The position numbers were made by a program, and so were the translations under genes. Shown piece by piece: positions 21,652-31,563 of a DNA stretch of 64,000 bases (within the stretch, counting starts at the first letter, position 1; the number at the start of each line of letters is the position of its first letter). Source of the DNA: an uncultured delta proteobacterium (lineage in GTDB: Bacteria; Desulfobacterota; Desulfobacteria; Desulfobacterales; Desulfosalsimonadaceae). Location of the stretch: the NCBI GenBank assembly GCA_963826785.1, contig CAWGYD010000003.1, positions 192,001-256,000 of the forward strand, given 5' to 3'. The notes under the pieces are model-generated. The model was not told the origin of the DNA, ran no database searches, and saw nothing but the letters and a program-made list of their open reading frames with translations.

Positions 21652-23778
21652 ATGGCGGAAGACCTCGGCATCGATACGGGGGAATTACTGATCCACCCGG
21701 ACATCCATAAAATGACGTCCCACTGCAACACCGTACTTCAGGAGCGCCTGAATTTCCAACCCGATACCTGCAGGGTGTTCGATCACGCCATCTACCGGCT
21801 GCAGGATGATCGGGATTACGATTTCCAGATTCACCCGTCTGCCCGGGAAATGCTGCCGGCCATCATCGACAACTGTGTTCAGCAGGTGGTCCGGGAACCC
21901 GATCCGGCAGCGGAACTGCAAAATCGGTATCGGCAAAAAAGAAGAATCGGCATCGTCTTTTCCGGCGGGCCGGCGCCCGGCGGCCATAATGTCATTGCCG
22001 GGGTTTTCGACGCCATGAAAAAAGCCAATCCGGACAATATGCTGCTCGGGTTTCTCCTGGGACCCGACGGAATTCTCGAAAACGACTACGTGGAAATCAC
22101 CAAGGAAATGGTGGATTCATACCGGAACCTGGGCGGATTCACCATGATCAAAACCGGGCGGACCAAGATCGACACCGTGTCCAAAATGAGACTGGCCCGG
22201 GAAAACTGCCTGAAGCTCAACCTCGATGCACTGGTGATCGTGGGGGGCGACGACTCCAACACCAATGCCGCGTTTCTGGCCCAGGCCCTCTATGATGACG
22301 GCATCCAGGTCATCGGCGTGCCCAAGACCATCGACGGCGACATCCAGGTCCGGGACAAGAACGACAAGCTCATGTGCGCCATATCGTTTGGCTTTCACAC
22401 CGCGGCCCGGGCGTTCGCCCAGGACATCAGCGGACTGTGCGCCGACTGCAGTTCGGACGTGAAATACTGGCATGTCTGCAAGGTGATGGGGCGGGTGGCC
22501 AGCCATCTGGGCCTGGAAGTGGCGCTGCAGGTGCATCCCAACATCGTGCTCATCGGCGAGGAGATGGTCGATTACATCGACACCGACCGGGTGAAAAAGG
22601 CCGATGAACAAGGCACTGTCGATTACACCGCCTATGGCATGACCCTGCGCCATGTGTCGCGCATGATCTGCGACGGCATTGTCCGCCGGGCGCTCATGGG
22701 GAAAAACTACGGCATCATCGTCATTCCCGAAGGGGTCCTGGAGTTCATCAATGAAATCCAGGTTTTTATCATCAAGCTCAACACCATCATCGCCGATCAC
22801 AACTCCACCCATGACCGTGACTTCCACAGCGCATTCCCCACTCTCGAGGAAAAACTGGACTATTTGCGCCGCCTGGCCCGCCAGACGCGGGAGGAAAAAA
22901 CCTTTTCCGTGTGGAATACCCGGGATGACGACCTCTTCAATGTCCTCCCGCCTTTTTTCCAGGAAGGTCTGCTGACCGAACGGGACAGCCACGGTAATTT
23001 CCAGTTTTCCCAGGTGCAGACCGAAAAGGTGATCCTGGGGCTGGTGAAGGACTACCTCAAGATCCTGCAGGAACGGGGGGAATACAAGATCGGCCTCTCC
23101 CGGGAATGGTACCGGCGGACCATGGAGCGGGGCGGACTGGATCCGGGGCAGTTCGCAAAGGCCCTGTTCAAAAATTACGCCTCCGACGACCAGTTCCTGC
23201 TGGTCAAGAACAGCATTGTTTCGGTCAAGACGCTCAAACAGGAGCTCAACCGGGAAGGCGTGCTGTGGAAAACCGAAGACCTGCCGTCGGCCATTCAGAA
23301 GGTGTACCAGGCCTCCGTACCCAAATTCAAAACCCAGGAGCATTTCTACGGCTACGACGGCAGGGGAAACGACCCCACCTGGTTTGACTGCACCTACACC
23401 TACAACCTGGGGCTGACGGTGTTCGCGCTCATCGCCAACAGCGCCACCGGCCAGATGGCGGCCATCCGGAACCTGGAGAAAAGTTTCGACCAATGGGAGC
23501 CCATCGGCATCCCCCTGGGTCCGCTGATGCACCTGGAGGAGAGAAAGGGAAAGCTGGAACTGGTGCTGGAGCGGTCCGTCGTGGACATCGAATCGCCTGC
23601 ATTCAAGGTGTTCAAGACCCTGCGGGATCGGTGGCTGGGCATCCACCCCGGGAATGACTGCTACCGGCGGCCCGGCCCGGTCCACTTTACCGGAGACGGC
23701 GAGGACGACCGCCCCCTGACCCTGGTGCTCAACAACCTGGCCAATCACCGGCATCCGGAGGGGCAGGCCGAAGGCTGA
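21652..23778 (+). CDS. pfp: Pyrophosphate-dependent phosphofructokinase (long form)
   Basis: SGGPAPGGHNVIAG, GGDDSNTNA (Asp typical of PPi-PFK), PKTIDGD and MGR motifs. Confidence 0.9.
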   Translation: MAEDLGIDTGELLIHPDIHKMTSHCNTVLQERLNFQPDTCRVFDHAIYRLQDDRDYDFQIHPSAREMLPAIIDNCVQQVVREPDPAAELQNRYRQKRRIGIVFSGGPAPGGHNVIAGVFDAMKKANPDNMLLGFLLGPDGILENDYVEITKEMVDSYRNLGGFTMIKTGRTKIDTVSKMRLARENCLKLNLDALVIVGGDDSNTNAAFLAQALYDDGIQVIGVPKTIDGDIQVRDKNDKLMCAISFGFHTAARAFAQDISGLCADCSSDVKYWHVCKVMGRVASHLGLEVALQVHPNIVLIGEEMVDYIDTDRVKKADEQGTVDYTAYGMTLRHVSRMICDGIVRRALMGKNYGIIVIPEGVLEFINEIQVFIIKLNTIIADHNSTHDRDFHSAFPTLEEKLDYLRRLARQTREEKTFSVWNTRDDDLFNVLPPFFQEGLLTERDSHGNFQFSQVQTEKVILGLVKDYLKILQERGEYKIGLSREWYRRTMERGGLDPGQFAKALFKNYASDDQFLLVKNSIVSVKTLKQELNREGVLWKTEDLPSAIQKVYQASVPKFKTQEHFYGYDGRGNDPTWFDCTYTYNLGLTVFALIANSATGQMAAIRNLEKSFDQWEPIGIPLGPLMHLEERKGKLELVLERSVVDIESPAFKVFKTLRDRWLGIHPGNDCYRRPGPVHFTGDGEDDRPLTLVLNNLANHRHPEGQAEG

Positions 23779-23790
23779 AGGTAAAAAATT

Positions 23791-23832
23791 AAAGCCCGCC
23801 AAAAAGCATGAAGATGCTTTTTGGCGGGCTTT
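23791..23832. terminator. Bidirectional intrinsic terminator
   Basis: AAAGCCCGCCAAAAAGCAT-N-ATGCTTTTTGGCGGGCTTT between convergent genes. Confidence 0.85.
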
Positions 23833-23921
23833 GCTTTTGGGCAGTTGGAATAATAAAATGTTTAAATGATGGGTCCGTTGATCCCCGGCATTCCATCATT
23901 CCATTACGCCAATCCTTTCTT

Positions 23922-24788
23922 TTATCCGGCCTTGGGCGCTTTTTCCCCCAGCAGTTCCACCAGCCTGGCGGCAATATCGGCAAACGCCTGGGCGGCCGGG
24001 CTCCCCTTGAATGCGTCCTGGTATGATTTGCCCGAATCGCCGGCTTTGACGATGTTGGGATCAAAGGGGATCCGTCCCAGAAAGGGGATATCAAACTGCC
24101 GGGCGGTCTTTTCTCCGCCGCCGGTGCCGAAAAGTTCCGCCGTCTGGTTGCAGTGGGGGCAGACATAGCCGCTCATGTTTTCCACCAGGCCCACCATGTC
24201 CCGATTGAGTTTCTTGCAGAAACTGATCGATTTTCGAACATCGGACAGGGCCACTTCCTGGGGTGTGGTCACGATGACGGGGCGGGCGTCCTTGATGGTC
24301 TGGGCCACGCTCAAGGGTTCATCCCCGGTGCCCGGCGGCGAATCGATGATCAGAAAATCGAGTTCGCCCCAGTCCACGTCCGATACGAACTGGGTGATGG
24401 CCGAATGCTTCAGCGGCCCGCGCCAGATGACCGCATCATCCCGGTTGGGCATGAGGTTTTCGATGGAGATGGCCTTCAGGTTGTCCGAATAGGACATGGG
24501 GGCCAGCTTGTCATTGCCGCCGGCAGTTGCCAGCCCGCTCAATCCCAGCATCCGGGGCACGTCGGGGCCGTGCAGGTCCACGTCCATGAGCCCCACTTTA
24601 TATCCCCTGGCGGCCAGGGCGATGGCCAGGTTGACCGACACGCTGGTTTTTCCCACCCCGCCTTTTCCGCTCATCACCATCAGCTTGTATTTGATTTTGT
24701 CCAGCGAATCGCTGAGCTTTTTCTGCTGTTCCTGCGCCGCCATGTCCTGCTGGATCGAAACGCCGGAATTGCCTTTACAATTTGCCAT
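23922..24788 (-). CDS. Mrp/NBP35 (ApbC) Fe-S cluster carrier ATPase
   Basis: SGKGGVGKT, IWRGP, DSPPGTGD and ENMS..CPHC motifs. Confidence 0.92.
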   Translation of the reverse strand: MANCKGNSGVSIQQDMAAQEQQKKLSDSLDKIKYKLMVMSGKGGVGKTSVSVNLAIALAARGYKVGLMDVDLHGPDVPRMLGLSGLATAGGNDKLAPMSYSDNLKAISIENLMPNRDDAVIWRGPLKHSAITQFVSDVDWGELDFLIIDSPPGTGDEPLSVAQTIKDARPVIVTTPQEVALSDVRKSISFCKKLNRDMVGLVENMSGYVCPHCNQTAELFGTGGGEKTARQFDIPFLGRIPFDPNIVKAGDSGKSYQDAFKGSPAAQAFADIAARLVELLGEKAPKAG

Positions 24789-24915
24789 TTCCGCTCCTTT
24801 GAATTGAAATTCTACTGTTTATTTAAAACGTTATTTCTCGCCATGGCGCAAAGATTCCAGACAGTTTTTCTCATGGAATGAATGCATCTGTGATTTTGCA
24901 CACGGCGTATTTTGA

Positions 24916-25353
24916 TCAGCAGCCTGCCGGTTTGACGGATTCGGCGTGCGCACGATGGATATTGGTATCGCCGCAGGCCGGACATTTATCCGGCCGCCCC
25001 GTCCCGCAGGTTTCATGCCATTCATATTCACATGTTACACATTTAAACAGCCGCTCCGTGGAGCAGAACTGGTAGTTTCCCCCCTCCACATTGATGGCCT
25101 TGCCGTTGATCAACGCATCGGCCACGTGCCGGCGGGCCTGCTCCAGTATGCGGCCGAAGGTGGCTCTCGACACCCCCATCCGGTTTCCCGCATCCTCGTG
25201 GGAAAATCCTTCCAGATCGGCCAGCCGCAAAGCCTCCCGTTCGTCTATGGCCAGTCGGACTTCTTCCAGTTCCACCATGGGAATGCCCCGGGGCTTGAAA
25301 TAACAAACCCCCGGATTGAAACCCACCAGCCTTTTCTTATGTGGTCTTCCCAT
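24916..25353 (-). CDS. DUF134 HTH protein with a C-terminal Zn/rubredoxin-like ribbon
   Basis: MGRP...FKPRGIP...EALRLAD...MGVSRATF...IEGG pattern, then CxxC...CPxC. Confidence 0.85.
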   Translation of the reverse strand: MGRPHKKRLVGFNPGVCYFKPRGIPMVELEEVRLAIDEREALRLADLEGFSHEDAGNRMGVSRATFGRILEQARRHVADALINGKAINVEGGNYQFCSTERLFKCVTCEYEWHETCGTGRPDKCPACGDTNIHRAHAESVKPAGC

Positions 25354-25480
25354 ACGCTCCCCTGAAAAGTTTTAAACATATGCTCACAAAAATAGAAGCC
25401 GTAGCATATTTGTCAACCCATATTTTGCCCCACCACGGGACACGGTATTTTCTTTTGTTTCTAAAAATTTCCCCGGCCGC

Positions 25481-26791
25481 TTATTTCTTCAGATCCTCCA
25501 GGCGGACCCGGACCGAGCCGGCGTGGGCGCCCAGGGCTTCTGTTTCCGCCAGGCGGATGATATCTCCGGCCTCATGTTCGAACGCCGCCCGGGAATAATG
25601 GATCAGGCTGGTCTGTTTCACGAAGGTGTCCACGGAAAGCGCCGAGGAGAACCGGGCCGTCCCCCCGGTGGGAAGCACGTGATTCGTGCCGGCGATATAG
25701 TCGCCCACGGGTTCCGGGGTGTATTCCCCCACGAACACCGCACCGGCGTTTCGAATCTGTCCCAGATGGACAAAAGGGGAATCGATCATCAATTCCAGGT
25801 GCTCCGGGGCGATCCGGTTGGAAAGGCCGATGGCGGCCGTAATGTCTGCAACCACCAGGATGGCGCCGAAATCCGCGAGCGACTGGCGGGCAATGTCCTG
25901 ACGCTCCAGCGCCGAAAGCTGTTGTTTGATTTCATTTTCCACCGCATGGGCCACTTCCGCCGAGTCCGTGATCAGCATGGCCGAAGCCAGAATGTCGTGC
26001 TCGGCCTGGGAGAGCATGTCCGCGGCGATAAAACGCGGGTTGGCGGACTTGTCGGCAATCACCAGAATTTCGCTGGGACCGGCGATCATGTCGATTCCCA
26101 CGGTGCCGGAAAGCATTTTCTTGGCCAGGGTGACATAGATATTTCCCGGCCCCACGATGACATCCACCTTGGGGAGGGTTTGCGTGCCGTAGGCCAGGGC
26201 CGCGACCGCCCAGGCGCTCCCCGCCTTGTAGACCGCATCGATGCCCACCCGCCCCGCGGCGGCCAGCAGGTGCGGATTGATATCGCCCGCCCGGGTGGGC
26301 GGCGTCACCATCACCGTGCGGCCCACCCCGGCGATTTTGGCCGGGATCGCCCCCATCAGCACGGAAGAAACCAGGGGCGTGAGCCCGCCCTTTGCGCCGG
26401 GCACGTAGATGCCCGCGGCATCCACGGGTGAAAACAGCTGCCCCAGCATCACCCCCGGGCGCGAAGTGGAGATCCATGAATTTCGAACCTGTCGCTGGTG
26501 AAATTGCCGGATCTGTTCGATGGCCCGATCCAGGGACGACAGGAATGCGGAATCGACCCGGCCCAGGGCGGCCTCCATGTCAGCCGGGGTGATTGCCATC
26601 TGCTCAACGGTCAGTTCAGGGGCGTCAAACTGCCGGGTGTATTCAATCAGTGCTTCGTCACCCCGCTCTTTTACGTCTGATAAAATGGCGGCGACCCGGT
26701 CATACACCTCGCCCTTGATGTCCAGGCTCCGGTTGATGATGGAAGCAAGCCTGTTTTCCGCCTCGTCGGAAGGATACGTGAGAATATTCAT
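25481..26791 (-). CDS. hisD: Histidinol dehydrogenase
   Basis: GIYVPG, GPGNIYV, IDMIAGPSE, QAEHD and APEHLE motifs. Confidence 0.96.
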   Translation of the reverse strand: MNILTYPSDEAENRLASIINRSLDIKGEVYDRVAAILSDVKERGDEALIEYTRQFDAPELTVEQMAITPADMEAALGRVDSAFLSSLDRAIEQIRQFHQRQVRNSWISTSRPGVMLGQLFSPVDAAGIYVPGAKGGLTPLVSSVLMGAIPAKIAGVGRTVMVTPPTRAGDINPHLLAAAGRVGIDAVYKAGSAWAVAALAYGTQTLPKVDVIVGPGNIYVTLAKKMLSGTVGIDMIAGPSEILVIADKSANPRFIAADMLSQAEHDILASAMLITDSAEVAHAVENEIKQQLSALERQDIARQSLADFGAILVVADITAAIGLSNRIAPEHLELMIDSPFVHLGQIRNAGAVFVGEYTPEPVGDYIAGTNHVLPTGGTARFSSALSVDTFVKQTSLIHYSRAAFEHEAGDIIRLAETEALGAHAGSVRVRLEDLKK

Positions 26792-26948
26792 TTGAATGCC
26801 TCTGCTGTTTGAAAGATAAAAGTATCTGAGAATATACTCATATCACATATTGACATCAACAGAAAATTTTGGCATTGTAGCCAATTTAATCGATGCTGAC
26901 CACTGCAAGGGTTTTTCACATCATATATAAAAACTGGAGGGAACATTC

Positions 26949-28037
26949 ATGACCGAAAAACGGATCGTCAACTTCAACCCGGGACCGGCGGCGCTTCCCC
27001 TGCCCGTCCTGACGGAAATTCAGGAATCTTTTTTGAATTTTAAAAACAGCGGGATGTCCATCACCGAAGTCAGCCACCGGTCCAAATGGTTCGAAGCGGT
27101 TTTAGAGGATGCCATCGCCCGGACCAGGCGGCTGCTCAAACTTGACGACCGTTACCACGTCCTGTTTCTCCAGGGCGGCGCCAGCATGCAGTTTGCCATG
27201 ATCCCCATGAACCTCATGCCGGCTGGAAAATCAGCTGACTTTGTAAACACCGGCACCTGGTCCACCAAGGCCATCAAGGAAGCCAAAATCCAGAAAAAGG
27301 CGTACAAAGTGGTGGCCTCTTCCGAAGACCGGGATTTCTGCTATATTCCCAAAGACATCGCCTTCAGCAAAGATGCCGTGTTTGCGCATATCACCTCCAA
27401 CAACACCATCAAGGGCACCCAGTGGGCCGCGTTTCCGGATACCGGCCGCGTTCCCATCATCTCGGACATGTCTTCGGATATCATGTCCCGCCGCTTCGAT
27501 GCCGATAAATTCGGCATGATCTATGCCGGCGCCCAGAAAAACATCGGCCCGGCCGGCGTCACCATGGTCATCCTTCGAAAAGACATGCTGGATCTGATCC
27601 CCGAAGGGCTGCCCTCCATGCTGGATTACAACACCTACGCGTCCAAGAATTCCATGTATAACACCCCGCCCTGCTTTGCCATCTACACCGTTCAGCTGGT
27701 GCTCAAATGGCTGGAAGAGACCGTGGGCGGAATCGATGCCATGGAAGCGGTCAACCGGGAAAAAGCGGCGCTGCTCTATGATTTCATCGACGCCTCGGGT
27801 TTTTACCGGGGCACCGCGGACAAGGACAGCCGGTCGCTCATGAACGTCACTTTCCGGCTTCCAGATGAAGACCTGGAGAAAAAATTCATCGGCGAAGCTG
27901 CTGCCGCCGACCTGGGCGGGCTCAAGGGCCACCGGTCCGTAGGCGGCTGCCGGGCCTCCATCTACAATGCCATGACGGTAGATGGCGTTAAAAAGCTGGT
28001 CGATTTCATGAAGCAGTTTGAGAGCAAAAACGGGTAG
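26949..28037 (+). CDS. serC: Phosphoserine aminotransferase
   Basis: NFNPGPAALP, AGAQKN (PLP lysine), YNTPP and GHRSVGG.RAS motifs. Confidence 0.96.
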   Translation: MTEKRIVNFNPGPAALPLPVLTEIQESFLNFKNSGMSITEVSHRSKWFEAVLEDAIARTRRLLKLDDRYHVLFLQGGASMQFAMIPMNLMPAGKSADFVNTGTWSTKAIKEAKIQKKAYKVVASSEDRDFCYIPKDIAFSKDAVFAHITSNNTIKGTQWAAFPDTGRVPIISDMSSDIMSRRFDADKFGMIYAGAQKNIGPAGVTMVILRKDMLDLIPEGLPSMLDYNTYASKNSMYNTPPCFAIYTVQLVLKWLEETVGGIDAMEAVNREKAALLYDFIDASGFYRGTADKDSRSLMNVTFRLPDEDLEKKFIGEAAAADLGGLKGHRSVGGCRASIYNAMTVDGVKKLVDFMKQFESKNG

Positions 28038-28230
28038 CATGAATTTACTCTTGAAACCAAAGGGAAAATTTATATATTAAATAAGTTGTTCTCGCAAAGG
28101 CCCTTGAACAAAGTTTTTCGCGGCCTTTGCGGGAGCATGCTGTTTAGCGCCATGATGCAAGCCGGATCGTTCTTCCCCAGACGCGAGCGCGCGGCCGGAA
28201 AAATTGCAAATTCAACAAAACGAGAAGCAG

Positions 28231-30995
28231 ATGAACCCAAATACCCTCACCATCAACGGCAATTCTTTTGCCTTCCAGGAAGGTGAAACCATTCTGGAAG
28301 TCGCCCGGAAAAACCATATCGACATCCCCACGCTCTGCTACCTGAAAGGGGCCACCCCCACGGGGGCCTGCCGGATCTGCGTGGTGGAGGTCGAAAACGC
28401 GCGCAGCCTGATGCCCGCCTGCTCCACCCCGGCATCGGCCGGCATGAAAGTGCTCACCGAATCCCCCCAGGTGGTGGAATCCCGGAAAATGACGCTGCGG
28501 CTGCTCCTGTCCTCGGGAAACCACAACTGCGCGGTCCGGGGTTCGGATACGGGCAGCTGGACGGCGTTTCAGCTCAAGGTCCACCAGCAGGACGGCAGCG
28601 AGGACCTCTGCCCGGTCTGGGGCGACTGCGAACTCCAGAACCTGGCCTACCGTTACCAGGTCTCAGGGGATCAGCTTCCTGCCACCCGCACCCGCTATCC
28701 CATGGAAACCGTCAACCCGTTTATCATCCGGGATTTTTCCCGGTGCATCCTGTGCGGCAGATGCGTCCAGGCCTGCAACGATGTCCAGGTGAACAACGCC
28801 ATCAGCTTCGGCTACCGGGGGGCGGACACCAAGATCGTGGCCGCCGGCGACCGGCCCTTAAAGGATTCCGACTGCGTATTCTGCGGGGAATGCGTCCAGG
28901 CCTGCCCGGTGGGCGCCCTGGTGGAAAAGGATGCCCGTTACCGGTGGCGGCCCTGGGAAGTAAAAAAAGTCCGCACCACCTGCAGCTACTGCGGCGTGGG
29001 CTGCCAGATCGAACTGCAGGTCAAGGACAACAAGGTGGTCAAGGTCACCGGCGTGGATGAGCCCCCCAACAACGGCAGCCTGTGCGTCAAGGGCCGCTTC
29101 GGGTTTGACTTCATCGGCGCAAAAGACCGCCTGACCACCCCGCTGATCAAGGAAAACGGAAAATTCAGGGAAGCCACATGGGATGAGGCCCTGGATCTTA
29201 CCGCCCGGCGCCTCACCGAAATCAAGGAACAGTACGGCCCCGATGCTATCGGGGTGCTCACCTCGGCCCGGGTCACCAACGAGGAAAATTACCTGGCCAA
29301 CAAGTTCGCCCGCGCAGTGATCAAGACCAACAACATCGATCACTGCGCCCGCCTCTGACACAGCTCCACCGTGGCCGGTCTGGCCGCAGCATTCGGGAGC
29401 GGGGCGATGACCAACACCATCGCAGACATTGAAACGGCGGATGTCATCCTGGTGACGGGTTCCAACACCACGGAAAACCACCCGGTCCTGTCCAGCTTCG
29501 TCAAGCGGGCCAAGACCTTCCGGGGGGCCAAACTGATCGTGGTGGATCCCCGGCGCATCAAGCTGGCCGAAATGGCCGATCACTGGCTCCGGCCAAACCT
29601 GGGCACGGACGTGGCCTGGATCAACGGGCTGATGCACGTGGTCATCAAGGAGGAGCTTGCGGACAAGGAATTTATCAAAAAGCGCACCACCGGACTTTGA
29701 AGCCTTGAAGAAGGTGGTGGAAAAATTCACCCCGGCGTACGTGGAAAAGGTCACCGGCATCCCCGCCGGCCAGATCATCGAAGCGGCCCGGCTGTTTGCC
29801 AAAGCGTCTGCCGGGGCCATCCTGTACTGCATGGGGATCACCCAGCACACCACCGGCACGGACAACGTGAAATCCCTGGCCAACCTGGCCATGCTGTGCG
29901 GCCACATGGGCAAACCCGGCGGCGGGGTCAACCCCCTGCGGGGCCAGAACAACGTCCAGGGGGCCTGCGACATGGGCGGCCTGCCCAACGTGTTTACCGG
30001 ATACCAGCAGGTCACCGATGAGGCCGTGCGCCAGAAAATGGAAAAAGCCTGGGATGTCACCGGCCTTCCGGCCAAACCGGGGATGACCGTCACGGAGATG
30101 GTCCCAAAGGCCCATGACGGTGAAATGAAGGCCATGTACATCATCGGGGAGAACCCGCTGGTCTCCGACCCGGACCTCAACCATGCGGAAAAAAGCTTCT
30201 CACACCTCGATTTCCTGGTGGTCCAGGACATCTTCATGACCGAAACCGCGCTGACGGCCGACGTGGTCTTCCCCACTGCCTGTTTTGCGGAAAAGGAAGG
30301 GACGTTTTCCAATACGGAGCGGCGGGTGCAGCGGGTGAGAAAAGCAGTCGATGCGCCGGGATCGGCGAAAGACGACTGGCAGGTCACCTCTGAGATCGCC
30401 ACCCGCATGGGATATCCCATGAAATACAACAGCGCCGAGGAAATTTTTAATGAAATCGCGGCTGTGACGCCCTCTTATGCCGGCCTCTCCTATGAGCGCA
30501 TCGAAAAGAGGGGCATCCACTGGCCCTGCCCCACCGCGGATCACCCGGGAACGCCGATCCTGCACACCCAGCAGTTCACCCACGGCCTGGGGGTGTTTCA
30601 CGCCATCGACTTCATCCCGCCCGCGGAGCAGACAGACGAACAGTACCCGCTTTATCTCACCACCGGCCGGGTGCTCTACCAGTACCACACCGGCACCATG
30701 ACCCGGCGCACCGACGGGCTTAAACGAGCGGGCCCCGGGGTCATTCGTGGAAATATCGCCGGCGGACGCCGAAAAATACGGACTGGCCGACGGCGAGGTA
30801 ATCAACATCGCCTCCCGCCGGGGCGAAATCAAGGCCCAGCTCAAGGTCTCCGAAAAAGCGGTGACCGGCACGGTCTTCATCCCGTTTCATTTTGCCGAGG
30901 CGGCTGCCAACCGGCTCACCAACGCAGCACTGGACCCGGTGGCCAAGATCCCGGAGTACAAAGTCTGTGCGGTGAAGCTGTCCAGGGCTGCCTGA
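28231..30995 (+). CDS. fdhA: Selenocysteine-containing Mo/W formate dehydrogenase alpha subunit with a NuoG-like Fe-S N-terminus; Sec UGA at 29356-29358; frameshifts at ~29692 and ~30723
   Basis: IPTLC..., CILCGRC, CVFCGEC and CSYCGVGC motifs, [28 protein letters not shown] and C-terminal IPEYKVCAV. Confidence 0.92.
29359..29390 (+). promoter_or_regulatory. Bacterial SECIS element
   Basis: GTGGCC-GGTCT-GGCCGC hairpin starts about 12 nt after the UGA and resembles the E. coli fdhF SECIS apex. Confidence 0.8.
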
Positions 30996-31039
30996 GTTTT
31001 AAGCCCGTGCATGGCTGAATCGGCAGATCAACTGTAAAT

Positions 31040-31088
31040 AAAGCGGCCCGTATTTCCCCAAACCGGAAAATACGGGCCGCTTTGTTTT
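31040..31088. terminator. Bidirectional intrinsic terminator after fdhA
   Basis: AAAGCGGCCCGTATTT...AAATACGGGCCGCTTT. Confidence 0.85.
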
Positions 31089-31123
31089 CTCATCGCCGAT
31101 GGGTGGAATAGAACAAAAAAAAA

Positions 31124-31215
31124 TGAGGCAACCCTGCTGCCATATCTCTTCTTTTCAAAAGTGACTTAGGCCAGTGGCTTTGCGTCCCATCCTTTCGGGT
31201 GGTTTGCTTTTCTCG
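31124..31215 (-). ncRNA. GEMM-I (c-di-GMP-I family) aptamer, A20 variant, copy 1
   Basis: Minus strand GAGAAAAGCAAACCACCCGAAAGGATGGGACGCAAAGCCACTGGCCTAA...ATGGCAGCAGGGTTGCCTCA matches the Vc2-type core (GCAAACC, GAAA tetraloop, GGGACGCAAAGCC, CCTAA/ATGG receptor). Confidence 0.9.
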
Positions 31216-31563
31216 ATTTAAATTATTGTCCAGTCTTCTTTTGCACGTCAAACCGAACGCCCTCAAATTGCAGATGTCTGGTATTTCCTGCTGAGTCCTG
31301 CCATGGTGCGTTTCAATTAAAAAACAAGTCAATGTCAATAAGTCTATTTTCCGTTTCCGAATAAAAAAAAAAACAAATTAGAAAAAAATCAGTCAACCGC
31401 TCCCGTTTGCCGCACTGTGGAAGCGGCAAAATCGCATGGTTGGATAATTTCGGAAAAGATGCTATTGAAGGATACAATCATATTTCATAAGCAACTCTGC
31501 AAAGCAAAGCTCCGAAACAATTTCGATCGCAAATTATTTAAATTGGGTACTTGGAAAAATTGA

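Noticed and set aside
23885..23915. CATTCCATCATTCCATTA short repeat
   Set aside because: Single low-complexity occurrence. Not a CRISPR array or a supportable element.
29680..30740. Programmed frameshifting in fdhA or other split genes
   Set aside because: No canonical slippery heptamer with a stimulatory structure was seen, and indels are scattered over unrelated genes, so sequencing error is more likely.
31090..31338. Short ORFs across the aptamers (also 37186-37404)
   Set aside because: No RBS or protein motif. The sequence is better explained as structured RNA plus promoter.
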